The notes under the pieces are model-generated. The model made no database searches and was not told where the DNA came from. It saw only the letters and a list, made by a program, of their open reading frames with translations. Made by a program: the position numbers and the translations under genes. DNA of 62,910 nt, filler included, from Chiloscyllium plagiosum (Eukaryota), in the NCBI RefSeq assembly GCF_004010195.1. It is 4 parts of one record of this genome, joined end to end, with 100 filler letters (N's around TTAATTAATTAA, not from the genome) between each part and the next. Parts side by side here need not be neighbours in the genome. Positions count along the whole stretch, not along the records: positions 1 to 12,338 come from NC_057711.1; 3 more parts are not named here. One strand, 5' to 3'. Of the stretch, positions 1 through 12,338 are shown one piece after another (within the stretch, counting starts at the first letter, position 1; each line of letters opens with the position of its first letter).

Positions 1-360
1 TGGAATCAATCTAAACATTAGGTCATAGACAGAGAACACAGGGGGCTAACACCTTCAACATATTGTCTAGCTATCACCATTGTTAACAGCTAACCCGAGA
101 ATGCAACTTTAAAAAAAGGGTTTTGTGATTTACACATGAAAGAAGTGAAACTATCACTGTATTCTAACAGATGAAAGGCTTAACAGACAATCAATTCTTC
201 AATGTATAATTTCAGTTACATCACACTGCAAATTTTTGCTATAGATTCTGTGTTACGATCGAGCCCTCCACAATCACCTGATGAGGGAGCGTCGCTCCGA
301 AAGCTAGTGTGCTTCCAATTAAACCTGTTGGACTATAACCTGGTGTTGTGTGATTTTTAA
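1..360 (+). mobile_element. 3' terminal repeat region of a Penelope-like retroelement (family A)
   Basis: Contains a hammerhead core (CTGATGA...GAAA) followed by the tail aaacctgttggactataacctggtgttgtgtgatttttaa, which recurs twice at 5368-5515. Confidence 0.65.
275..309 (+). ncRNA. Minimal type-I hammerhead ribozyme motif
   Basis: CAC-CUGAUGA-G-GGAGC(GUC)GCUCC-GAA-AGCU-A-GUG: intact core, 5-bp stem II, palindromic AGCU stem III, 3-bp stem I (CAC/GUG). Confidence 0.7.
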
Positions 361-1487
361 ATTTCTGAATTAACAAAGAGTTTATTAATTACTGAATGTA
401 AGAAGAAATAATAATGCAGAGCATGTATAACATTGGGTGGAAATAAAAGATTAGTCCCAAAAGAAACAAATTTATAGAAAGGTTATATGCATCAATCTGA
501 ATTGTTCATGACAAGCAGATGGTTGGCTTACAGCCTTTGAACAGATGTTATCAGCAGCATTGCCATTGGTAGTTGAACAGTAGATTTTTAAATTCCTGAT
601 TTTGTAGGTTGGTTGAAACTTTTCTCCTGATTCCTTTCGGCAGTGGCTGTCTGGCAGATCTCAGAGTGGGAAAGAACATTTTCTGTTTCTTTACCTATGG
701 TGCAGAGCTGTTTCAATAACTATTCTCAAAGCTATGACCCTCATAGCTCACTAATCCACACACTAAAATATCAGGCCAATTCACAGAACAAGGCTGAAGT
801 TTGCTTTTAATCCCCGGACCCTGTGTATTCTTGAAAGAGGGAAAATGCAAATATTTTTCTCACCCAGGCTGCTCTCTTTTCTTCTCACTATCACGTCCAC
901 AGTCTGGTTTACTCCCAGGAGATTAAAAGTACAGTTTATGTGTATTTCATCCCTTTAATGCTGTCTCCACACCTCATTAGATATGACATTCCATCATCTC
1001 TCTCTCCAACAGCTGCTGAATTTACATCTGCAGTTAACTCTTGGCTGTAATTTGTTTAAAAAAAAGATTGCTAGTAAAAGTTCAATATAATAATTGGTGA
1101 TCCAGAGTTGTAACCTCTGGTCATTACAGGTTTTTTTACAGACAGTGCAACAGTGTATGATCTAGATCACTCTTTGATATGTGTTAAAGTCAGGATACTT
1201 TTTATCATTCAAAATAGGAATACCATCTTTATATCAATGTTAGCCATACTATACTGCCTGCCCTGTTAAAACAGCAATTCCACAATTAGACTGAACAGGA
1301 GCTGTCAGGAATTCTCACTGAAAGTGCAGAATTAAAATAGAGCATATTTCAAGACACGATCTCCAATACTGTACTTTCAACAAATAGGAAGGAAGAATGA
1401 TAACATTAAAACTGGTTGTAAGCTAACAACAGTTTTGGAAGTTGTTTTGTCCAAGTTGAGTAGGAGATATAAAACAATAATTTGTAA

Positions 1488-1745
1488 CTCAGCTTCAAGG
1501 ACGCATACAGGTGAGATATGAAAATCATGAGCATTGACAACTGGGAAACGTTACCTGACAGACATGACCACTGGAAATAGACTGATTGGGAGGACATTAC
1601 AAGGGGCATGCAGAAATGAAATGTTTAGGTGGACAGATAGAGGGCCCAGAGAATCCAGAGGCTAGTGAATCATGCACCTTCTTAACCCACTTTGTCTTCC
1701 TTTGCAGCAAATGCAGCAGAGAGTGCCTTGCCAGAGTGCAGGTGG
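1488..1745 (+). mobile_element. Degraded RTE-clade LINE ORF C-terminal fragment
   Basis: Translates to FKDA.R.DMKIMSIDNWET and FLCSKCSRECLARV, resembling the RTE C-terminal CxxC-R zinc-knuckle region. Confidence 0.55.
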
Positions 1746-2904
1746 TAGTGTCCCCCTGTATCTGCTGCTCTTGTACTTCCTGATGATAGTGGTTGTGGGT
1801 TTGGAGGGTACAAAGGAGCAATGGCTATCTACCTTAATTTCTTGTTATGTAGTCTTTGTCATATTTAATCATGCTTATGTGAAGCCCTTGGGCCGTTTTA
1901 TTGAGTTGAAAGCCATGTAGGAATACATTGTTGAGTTGGGAACAAAGAAAATCATAGATTTAAGACAAATATTAAAAAACCCAAAAAGGTTAGGGATAAG
2001 TTTTAACACAAAGATAATCAGAAAGAATATGCACTTCCAAAAACAAAAATGAAATTATGATGCTGTTTTAGGTGCATTTTTAATTTCCATTGTGATGGAC
2101 ATCACAGCAGCAAGGAAGTAACCTCTCCAAGGAACAGCAGCAGCTATTTCATTCGATATCTGGGGACTGAGCAACATGGGTCTCGGCAGCCAGCACTTCC
2201 CTGAATCCAGGCTGAACCAGGCTTTGGACTCATACAATGAGTGTTGCACATAGCAGGCTTGGTGAATGACTAATTCGACATTGATTTGTTTAAGGAATGA
2301 CGTGCTAACTGGATGGGAGAACAGAATTGCTACAACACCTTGAACAGATTAAATGAACTTTTATAATGTGCAAAGTGTTTGGCTGTGTTACATAGAGTAA
2401 TGCATTGCAATGATTCAGAAAATATCTTTTCTTTGTACAAATGCAATCCATTTGTAGCTTATTTTGAGAATTTTTTTGAAGGATTTAAAGCAGCTTGTAA
2501 ACCACAGCTGGAAATTAAGCATGGTTATCGGTGCTTAGAAAGGTAATGTGTCTCTGTCAATGTTAACATTATTATTCATGTATACTGGAGGATGGTGCTT
2601 AGTGCATTTAAGGAGCATCCCTCTGAAACTGATAAAATCACTGGCCAAAATAAACTGCATTCCTTTTCACCATTCCATGAATTTAAATCTATAGCCTGGT
2701 GAGAACATTCTGTCTGGAACTTGAGCTAAGGTTTGCCTTGTCTGGTCCGGTGAAATGTTCATCATGTGCAACGTAGTAAAACAGGGATACTTTCCCATAT
2801 CCAGGCTGATCATGTGTGCAAGAAACTTTTATAATTGCAGCTACTGGAAATCTGTGTTTCTGTTCTTGAGACACAGTGTCAATTGGGAAAGCAGGGGAAA
2901 TGGG

Positions 2905-3385
2905 AGAAAAGTAGTGATAGGAGATCTCTTCATCTCAGTTCTAAAGGGTTGTTTATTGACTCTAAGGCTATGCCCTCAGGTCCTAGTCTGTCCTACTACT
3001 GGAAGCACCTTCTCCATGTCCATTCTATCCAGACCTCTCAGTATTCTGTAAGTTTCAATGAGATGCTCCCTCATCCTTCTAAACTCCATTGAGTACAGAT
3101 TTAAGGTCTCAACCACACCTCATATGACAAGCTGTTCATCCCTGGGATCATTCTTGTTAATCTCCTCTGACCCCCTCCATCGGCAACATATCCTTCCTTA
3201 GATATGGGACCCAAAACTGCCCACAATTTTCTAAATGCTGTTTAACCAGACCCTTATATAGCCTCAGCAGTGCATCTCTGTTGTTGTATTCAAGCCTTCC
3301 TGAAATGAATACAACATTGTATTTGACTACCTAACTGCCAACTGAACTTGCATATTAAACTTGAGAGTTCTGAATTAGGGCACAA
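2905..3385 (-). mobile_element. Old CR1 LINE 3' ORF2 fragment
   Basis: Reverse complement resembles the end of CR1 ORF2 in other copies here (e.g. 19500-19740). Confidence 0.7.
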
Positions 3386-3904
3386 GGCCACCTTCCACAA
3401 GTACAGTTGTTAAAGTCATTTTGCACAAATAGGAAATCTAAGTATGTTTAGAAGGGGCAGGAGAGATGTTTAGTTTAGTCTTGTCATTGTATATTAAAGG
3501 ATGTGATGATGGAGAGTGGGGGAGGAAAGGTGGAGAGCGGTTTTGTGAGGTACTGAAAAGAAATGAAGAGATGGTGCTAATGCTCCTTTTGTGAGATCAT
3601 TATCCCTCATTAAAGATTGATTACAGCTTCTGACATAATGGTCTTGGCACTAGTTGAAGACCATCAGCTAGTCAACCCCATACACAACTCATTAATTAAC
3701 TTGCATCAAATTGAAAATCAGATACTAGAACTGGCTACTTGGGGAACCTTCTAAAGTGAGATGCTTAAGGGATATTGTCAGATGAATTTCCTGACTTTTT
3801 GGTGTTATTGATATAATTAAGATACACGTATGTTTGGCTTTCATAGAATTCATTATTTTTAAAAGGTTGCTTCTACTTTGGCCATCTTCTTGACCTTATC
3901 ACAG

Positions 3905-4060
3905 GTCTCCAAAGAGGAAGACTTGAAAGATGTAAAGCTCATGCATATAACAGATGAACCAGCATGGGCTGTGTTACAGAGAACTGCACAAATTCAGAGG
4001 TGTAGGAAAGTGAAAGAATTGAAGGAGGAACTAGAGAGAATAAAGAGGAGAATTAGCTTT
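3905..4060 (+). pseudogene. Candidate exon of an unidentified coiled-coil gene (open, phase 0-0, 156 bp)
   Basis: Pyrimidine tract + cacAG acceptor and GTAAGT donor. Encodes VSKEEDLKDVKLMHITDEPAWAVLQRTAQIQRCRKVKELKEELERIKRRISF with no stop. Confidence 0.6.
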
Positions 4061-4404
4061 GTAAGTATTGAAGTCCCCATACTAAGACATTCCGGTGTTT
4101 TAATTATATAGTAATCATACTTTTAAGTTGCTTAACTCTCTGATCCCCAGCATGAAAGGTAACTAGACCAAGTAGGTACTGTCTGGTGAGCCACTAGCAC
4201 CCTTGACACTGAAGTTGCAGCCAGCCTGCTGCTGCCAGCCAATCAGAGGCCAGCAGCCTCTGAGAGCTAAAGAGCATTGTTGGAGGCCCAGGCTGCACAA
4301 TCTTGAAGGGCAGCATCAGCAAGCAGGGAAGGTGGGTGAAAAATGGGGGTTGTTGCATGGATTGGTTTTCAGTGGCCACTGCCTGCTCCCCCAGTTCATT
4401 TGCC

Positions 4405-4672
4405 CCGAGAATTCCAAAGACTCACAACCATCTGAGGGAAGAAATTCCTCCTCTTCTCTGTCTTAAATTGGGACCCCTTTACTCTGAGACTATGTCCTCT
4501 GCTCCTAGAATCTCACAAGAGGGGAAGCACTCTCTCAGCATTTAACCTGTCACGCCCCGTAAGAATCCTACATGTTTCATGAGATCACCTTTCATTCTTC
4601 TAAACTCCAGTGAGTAGAGCCACAACTTGGTCAGCCTTTACTCACGAGACAATCCCTCCATACCAGGAATCA
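4405..4672 (-). mobile_element. Old CR1 3' fragment
   Basis: Similar to the CR1 3' segments at 2905-3385 and 10531-11080. Confidence 0.65.
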
Positions 4673-5367
4673 TCCTCCCTCATTCTTCTCATTAACACAG
4701 TGGTCTGTGCCACACTCCTTCAACCCCTCATCTCTGTTTTCAACTGGGATGAGAATGCATTCACCTGGATCTATTTTTATTTATCCTGTTGTAGCCAGGG
4801 AATCACATTCAATTGTTCCTCTTCCCGCTGCTGCGCTGTTACCTCTGGAGTGTCGCAAAAATCTATATTTAACCTCTTCTTTTTCTAACTTCTCATAAAA
4901 TCTAGCCACAGAATGTCAGGTTCCAAGTGTAAATGGGTGACACACAATGTTGTCCCATCTCCATCTCTCCCTATCCTTTCATTGTCTCTGAATTGTTGCT
5001 GTCTGCCTAACATTCAATGCTAGATGAGCAGGAATTTCCTCCAATTAAATATTGGGATGATCAAACCTAATTTAAAGATGCTAATGGGTTTAAAGTACTG
5101 ACAAAAGGAAAGGAGTCTGCTGAAGGTATTACTGCTTTCGAAATAACCCCTATGACAAGTTTCAACCAAGTTAAAATATTCAAGATTATATCAGGGTTGG
5201 AACATAACTCTTTAATTGTGCTCACAAGTTAGCAATAGAAAAGACAATATATGACAATATAAATTGTGGCATACATAATTGTTTATTAATGAAAAATCAT
5301 AAAATTTGCAGTACGATACATAGTAAATCTCAATATTAAATAAGTTAGCTGATGAAGAAGCAATATT

Positions 5368-5515
5368 CCAGAAGCTTGTACTTCCAAATAAAACTGTCGA
5401 CTATAACCCGGTGTTGTGTGATTTTTAACTTTGTCCACCCCAGTCCAACACCGGCCCTTCCACTCTTTTGTTGGACCTGTTTGGACTATAACCTGGTGTT
5501 GTGTGATTTTTAACT
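5368..5515 (+). mobile_element. Penelope-like terminal repeat tail (family A), partly duplicated in tandem
   Basis: gactataacc(c/t)ggtgttgtgtgatttttaact occurs twice here and matches 331-360. Confidence 0.65.
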
Positions 5516-5681
5516 CTGGCAAATAAAGTAAAATTTTATCCTGGGCAAAGAACAAAAAGAAATGATTTATATTGTAGATCTTGATAACTGTAAATTAAAT
5601 CTTTTACAATATTCAACCTACATACATTCAAAGAAACATTAAATCTGCTCATTCTTACAAATGATGTTGTTTTCTATGAAG

Positions 5682-5765
5682 GTGGATGAAGCACTTAGCA
5701 GAACTGAGTCAGAAGATAATAAACTACATTAGCACTGCAGTCTTAAACTTAAAAGATAATAAGAG
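5682..5765 (+). pseudogene. Candidate exon (84 bp)
   Basis: ttttctatgaAG acceptor and GTAAGT donor. Phase 0 reads VDEALSRTESEDNKLH* with further stops. The phase-2 frame is open (WMKHLAELSQKIINYISTAVLNLKDNK). Confidence 0.45.
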
Positions 5766-6531
5766 GTAAGTACCACAATCACAATCACAAAAAAATGTTA
5801 ACAGTCTGTTTGTTCTTTTGTCAATTTGTGCCAAAACAATCATAAAATTTGCAGTTTACTAAAATTGAAGCCAATTTTATGCTTGAAAACTGGGGATTTT
5901 TTTTGTCAGCTCTTGAGGCTTCTAAAACATTCCTTAAATAGTTATGGTCTCTTAGGTGATTACAAAGGTGCCTTTGTGTCATAAATCAGATTTAAACAAG
6001 TTAATATATCCCACATCTGGATTATGTTAAAACCAGGCAGTCATGGCCAGGAAATCCTTAATGGAGGTTAAGGGTATTCTCACATAGAGGTGAGGCCAAC
6101 AGACTGTGGGACAAATAATGTTTCAAACTGTGCCTCACAGTACATCATAACTCGGTTTATAGGTCTTTATTGCTAAATGTATTCATTCCATATCCTCCAC
6201 AAATCATGAGATTTGGCCTTCTAGTTAAGAAAAAACACATGCAGCACACACATGAAAATGTCATCACTAAGTTACAAATAACTGGTTCTGAAAATTGACC
6301 TCTATGCTTTTATAAGGCTCCAGAGCCCAGAGCATTACATCAGTTTGTGTGACCCCAACTACGTTATTTCTAATCCGGTTGCTAAATCTTAACGAAGTCA
6401 CTCGTCCCTCAGATAGCTAGAGCTTAAATTATTCTCATAGAACATCAAATATTCTGTTCCTTAAGTTCCCAGCAAACAATTCTTTTTTTCTCTTTTTTAG
6501 GTTTCCCAAGATTCTCCAGTAAATGTACTTA

Positions 6532-7432
6532 CTGTATGTACTCGTGTAAAGGTTGGTCTCATGTAAAAGTCGACCCCTTATTTTTGGCCAAAAAATCTTG
6601 TATTTGCCATATATCTCATGTAAATGTCGACCCTACTATATCGCATTATAAACCTCTTACAAAGACTTAACCCACTTAAATGAAATCACATTCATTCATA
6701 CCAGTAACTCTACTCATCGCTCTTTGTTTCTGATATTGCATCTCTTATCATTCATTCATTCATTCATAATTCTACTTACTGCACTTGGTTTCCTACAGCA
6801 CGTTTGATTCATTCATTCATTCAGACTGGTACTAAGTTGCACTTTGTTCACCATGCATCCAAAAGTTAATATCATTAAAAAGTTAATCATTGTAATTGTG
6901 CCATTATATCTGAATAAAAGTGAAATATATTAACTACATATTATATCTTTAGTTCTTTGACAAATTTTTTAATGTTCCTGAGGTTCATGACATAAGAGAG
7001 GGAGGGAAACGGAAGAATTTGGTGGGAAAGTTCAAGACATTTGCACATTCAAAATTTAATAAATGTTTCATTTTAAGTGTGTCATTATAGCAGGTCATGA
7101 TGATGTTGAACAGTGTGATTTTGCAGGATTTCAATCAATCTTTGACATATTAAATTTTCATACAGGTATGTATAAATAAAATTTGCTCCAGTAATTCATT
7201 CTTGTGTCTCTTGCTTTTATTCTGGTAATTACCTTTACCATGATTCATTGTGCTTTTCTTCTTTACCTGGGATTACTAGTTGAGCGATCAAATGGACTTC
7301 TGCTAATAATACAGTATTTCAAACTGCAGCATGAATTTCAGCCCCTCAAAACTAGTCCCAGTGTAAATTGACCCTATAAATTGAATCTTTAAAATCGTCT
7401 TAAAAATTGGACTTTTGCGCAGGGATATACGG
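6532..7432 (+). mobile_element. Non-autonomous Tc2/pogo-like DNA transposon (MITE)
   Basis: TA on both flanks (6530-31, 7433-34). Degenerate terminal inverted repeats CTGTATGTACTCGTGTAAA versus rc CCGTATATCCCTGCGCAAA. Subterminal repeats tgtaaa(a/t)gtcgaccc. Internal remnant HDDVEQCDFAGF resembles the acidic FxGF C-terminus of pogo transposases. Confidence 0.65.
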
Positions 7433-7589
7433 TATCTATTCTCTTTAAGGCTTGACCATAGGAAAGAACTAAGCTCCTAGATCAGATGGTAACAGCAGCT
7501 ACTTTGTTTCACGTAGAGAAAGCAATAAAGTATGTAAAAATAAATATACTAACCTGGGAAGAGCTAAAGCAGAAATTGTAATGTTACAT

Positions 7590-9500
7590 TCAGCATGGAG
7601 CATGTGCCTCAACTGAGTTGCTCAGTACATTATTTAGATTAAAACCCTTGCGAATTGCTTCCATCATAGGTTCAATATACTTGAACCAAAAAGACATAAT
7701 TAAATCTGACCCTATGAGCCTCCTCCTAGAGGATCTATAAATTGTGGCAGAAAGGAACACATTTGTATCAGTAGCCGACATGTTCCTGTTGATTTTGAGT
7801 TCCCCAAGAATCAATCTGCTCTAGATGTTATGCCCTTGATACGGATGAATTATAATTAACAGAATCAATTTTATTTCAATGATAGAAACTTTCTTTTAAG
7901 TGATATTATCCAAATAGCGTGCTATGGAGTTGTAGACTTGTGCTGAATGGACTTCTCCATACTTTGCTATGGCATTCCTAATCTTTTCCTTATATATGTA
8001 CTTCCTTCCTTCATACCAGTGGGATTAAAGTTTATTAGTATAAAATGAAGGATCTGCAGAACAAGTGAACAGGAACTATTTGACTCTTGACAAGGCAAAT
8101 GTAGAAATCTGATAAAGTGAAAATATGGAATTGCACAGCATACACCTGTTACTGTTGAGGCCTGTAATATGCATGCTTATGATCATTTTCATTACACAGG
8201 CATGCAGCTGGTGCTACAAATGCTACTTATTGATTGATATATCCTTCAGGGATGGGGTCACAGATGGACACCCATCATTCAAAATGCCACTTAGCAGCAT
8301 CCTACACAACTTGAAGGGGAGGTGCATTCTGCAAACACCAAATAAACTTTTCTGAAAGTGACTGAATCAAGGCTGAAAGAGCACAATGATTCTAAAATTT
8401 CTGCCTTGGAGACTCTGATGCAGGGATTTGACAGGAGGAAAGAAGATATAGCTTCTTGCCCAAGATTCAAGAAGTTCTTCATCTGTAGAAACATGCAATG
8501 TATGTAGTTGCAAAGAGACTAGCACCTAGGAGATGGCTGCAATGAAGAAGAATGTGCAATCATTTGATCAGAATTAAGGTGCTCAGTTCCTCTGTCTATC
8601 TTTTCTGCAATGATTGTGAGGATATGGGCCTCTAGGAGGTAGGACAAATCGGATAAAGGAGCTGCACAAAATGGCTTCTGCATTGCCAAATTAGATTGCT
8701 CAGAACCAGACAGAAACAAGAAACCACAGACTGATGTTTCCCCATGCTTACGTGACTACCCATAGTTAAAGCTATGAAGAAGTAGATGGATAAGATGAGG
8801 AAATACTAACCACATTTGCAAGCTGCAAGTCCTCATAGTGAAGGCACTAAACCACACTTTGCAAGTTGTGAATCTTTGAAAAGGTGATATAAGCCATTAC
8901 AACTTAATCAATATCATTGGTTCAAGCTACTACCCACAAAGTGATTATAATTATTGATTGGTTGTTACTATGCGATCATGCTCCATGTCTGCTGATGATT
9001 AATGTATATAAACCTTATGCAAATTCTGTAAGGTTGTTGGATTTTTTTGATTGCCAAGAAGTTTTCATACTTCTGGGTGAATCAGAGTCTGCCAACCCAG
9101 CATACAATAAACGATTGTTTGCATGTTGAACAAAGAGTCATTTACAGGTGTGTTAATTGACCAATCGTGGAACCGAGTGACTTATAGATCATCAATTGCA
9201 CCTTATATCCTTCTCATTTGCACAGGCTCACTGCTATTACCTCAATTTATGCATTACTCACATCTAAAGACAATGACATCAAAGCCGTGGTTCCAGGTTT
9301 TAGTTGTGGCCGTAGCAGATGACCATCTCGGCTTTCTTGATGAATCAAAGGTGTTTGAAGCATTGGATCCTGAGTAAAGTTGATGTAGGTCAAGTGCTCC
9401 CTGAATATCTACTGCAATTATTGTGTCTTGTGAAATGCTGTTCTTTTCCTATTTCTTCTAGCAGCTTCTCCTGCTCTCTGATGACTCCTTTACTGTTTCT
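7590..9500 (-). pseudogene. Decayed intronless ORF remnant of unknown origin (candidate endogenous viral L-gene fragment)
   Basis: One frame runs 8755-8291 (155 codons, 1 internal stop). An overlapping frame runs 8339-7590 (250 codons, 6 internal stops). No recognisable TE. Weak mononegaviral L-like motifs upstream. Confidence 0.35.
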
Positions 9501-10530
9501 TCCTTGGGTGCAAAAGGCAGCACAGAATATCTATGGAACCAAGAAACATAAAGTACAGTAATAGGCAAATATTGCTGTGTTCTGATCATGTGAACTTTTC
9601 AAAGTAATAAAATGCATGAAACGATTTTGGAGGAAACGAGCAAGTAATAAGCAAGTTGTTACTATATGATCCCTGTAAATACCACTGGTCAGGGTCACCC
9701 TACAAGAAGCTCAGCCTATTTAATAAAGCAATGTGTCTTGCCAACACCCATTGTTATAAATAATATGGGACTGAATATGCCTGCATGTTTACTCTCTAGC
9801 AGATTGAGATCTTAGTAACAGCATTCAAAAGCTGAAACTGCACAGCATTTCTGAACCATGACTTCTCGAGTTTTAGAATGGAGTTTCTGGTTGTAGTTAT
9901 TCTAATAACAAATTCCTCAACAATCTACACTGAATTTTCATGCGAGTCTGTCTTTTCATTTGTACATTGAGGCTTGTAGATCTTAATGGGCTATGTAACC
10001 AGCTTCACTTTCTAACCTTTTGTGACTGAACTTATGTAGCTCTTATAAAAGACACATTGTTCCATTGAAAGTCTGCCAACATTGATGATTGGGTAAACTT
10101 TAACATGCCTGATCTTGTTTAGCATTGTACGTTGTACCAAAGAAAAATAGAAAATGCTTTAGAAACAATATTGAATTTTTCATGTTGAATTTTAAAATTT
10201 ATAACCTTGTTTTTTTAATCATTGTTATTTATCCACATTTCTGAAATAACTGCACAGATACCGGTATCCTAATGCCAAGTCAACCTTTATTTACATGTGC
10301 ACAGTACACTGGCTGTGACCAGCCAGCTTGGAGTCAGTCCCTGAAGTGAGGAGATTCTAAATCCCCTGTTTGTATTGGTCAGCCAGGACTCTCTAATCGG
10401 GCCAGGTTAACAACCCCAAGCAAGGATCTCATAGTCAATGAGATCCATCTGGTTCCAATCACTACAATTTCACACTTAGATGTATGAATCCCAGATGGCA
10501 CAAGCATAATCCCATGGTGTTGCTTACAGT

Positions 10531-11080
10531 GAGCATAAGAAATAAGAGCAGGAATCGGACATTTGCCTCCTCAAACATGCTCCACCTTTCGTGCCAACTC
10601 CTCCTGTCCTCTATTCCCACATATGTCAAAAATCTTCCTCTTTAAATATTTTCGGTGTTCTAGTTACCACAACTCTTTGAACAATTGCAAACATTCACTT
10701 CCCTCTGGGAGAAGAACTTCCTTCACATCTGAGTTTTAAATGAGTGTCCCCCTGTTCTGTTAGTATGTCGGAAATGTGTTGCTGGAAAAGCGCAGCAGGT
10801 CAGGCAGCATTCAGGGAACAGGAGAATCGACGTTTCGGGCATATGGGAGAAGAACTTCCTTCACATCTGAGTTTTAAATGAGCGTCCCCCTGTTCTGTTA
10901 GTATGTCCCCTAGTTTGAGATTACTCCACTTATGGGAGCTTCTTCTGAACATCGACCCTGTCAAGCCCCTTCAGAATTTTGCATGTTTAAATAAGATCAT
11001 TCCTTAGTCTTCTAAATTCTAATGTGTAAAGGCCTAATCTGTTTAGCCTTGATAAATCTGCCCCTTCATCCCAGGGATCT
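10531..11080 (-). mobile_element. Old CR1 3' end, interrupted by a PLE fragment
   Basis: Starts with the reverse-complemented CR1 tail cataagaaataagagcagga and continues into ORF2-end sequence. Confidence 0.7.
10770..10843 (-). mobile_element. 74-bp Penelope-like terminal repeat fragment (family B) flanked by a 64-bp direct duplication
   Basis: ctggaaaagcgcagcaggtcaggcagcat...aatcgacgtttcgggcata matches the copies at 37876, 47726 and 53922. Flanks 10706-10769 and 10844-10907 differ at one base. Confidence 0.75.
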
Positions 11081-12116
11081 CAGATAGAAATGTTGCTAGA
11101 TCAATTGTAAATTTTAAATTTTAGTTAACATGGTGGTCATTCACTGAAACATAGTTAAACAAGGCTGTAAAGATTTTGTTAATAACAGAATGAAAGTTTA
11201 TTATAGGTGAAAACAAAACAAAATGAGCCCAAGCTATTTAAATTCTAGAATATGGTTGGTAAGATTTTAAAACACACAGAAAAACAAAATGTGATCCTGT
11301 TTTCCAAAACTACCATCACAAATCAGTAGAAATTTATATTAAGTCTCTAAGTTCTGTCCTTAGTTCTGTGCTAAGAACTGTGAAGTCTTCTGAAATTAAT
11401 ACTGAAATTGGGGGCTTAGACTTTCTCAGTTTTTAATAACCAGTGGATTTCTAACCAGACATTCCTGGCCTGGAAATTTCACAAGCTAAACTTTCCTACT
11501 GAGGTGACTGGGCTTTCCACAAACTATTCAATAATGCTTTATAAAAGAGGATCTATTTTTGTTTCTGACTCCAATTAGGTCTTCTCTAAACTGCCCAAAG
11601 CTTTCAATCTCAGGGCTTTTAAGCTAATATCAATCCTTGATAATTTTGAAACAACAGCCAGCTAATGGACTTCAAAATTTACAGTCCCTGTCATAAACCA
11701 GTCCAGGTCAAGCAGTCTTCCATTAACATGCAGGAAATCCCTGTTGTCTGACATTCATATTAAGATAGGGAATGTCATACTGATACTGAAAGTATCACAA
11801 AGCAAGAATTCAGGTTTTAAGACTTAGGAACATGTGAACAAGATTACTCAGCCCCTTGAGCCTGCTTCACTATTCAATAAGATCTTAACTGATTTGATTT
11901 TTACTGTAACAAGAACGAGAAACAACATTGACTCAACACTATTTTAATTGGTGACTTGTACTCAAAACTAGAGAAACGATTTCCCCATTTAACATTTACA
12001 ATGGCTGGAAATTTCACACTGTCCCTTAATTAGACCAGTCCAAAATGATTTTTAGCTTACAAGGGCTTGCTTCCAGTTGGACAGTTTCTTATCCCCAAAC
12101 TGGCTTTTCTGGTTTA

Positions 12117-12338
12117 GTGAGGTAAAAACAATGACTGCAGATGCTGGAAACCAGATTCTGGATCAGTGGTACTGGAAGAGCACAGCAATTCAGGCAGCAT
12201 CCGAGGACAGGCAAAATCAACGTTTCGGGCAAAAGCCCTTCATCAGGAATAAAGGCAGTGAGCCTGAAGCGTGGAGAGATAAGCTAGAGGAGGGGGGGGG
12301 TGGGGATAGAGTAGCATAGAATACAATAGGTCAGTGGG
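12117..12338 (-). mobile_element. Penelope-like element 3' end (family B), truncated by gap
   Basis: Near-identical to 49585-49800, which continues into GIY-YIG coding sequence. Hammerhead core at 12215-12250 on the minus strand. Confidence 0.8.

Noticed and set aside
6501..6533. 33-bp micro-exon after a strong acceptor
   Set aside because: The apparent donor is part of the MITE terminal repeat; cannot be supported.
7590..7814. Resemblance of WFKYIEPMMEAIRKG to neuron-navigator/AAA C-terminal helix
   Set aside because: Only a few residues match, with no Walker motifs or exon structure.
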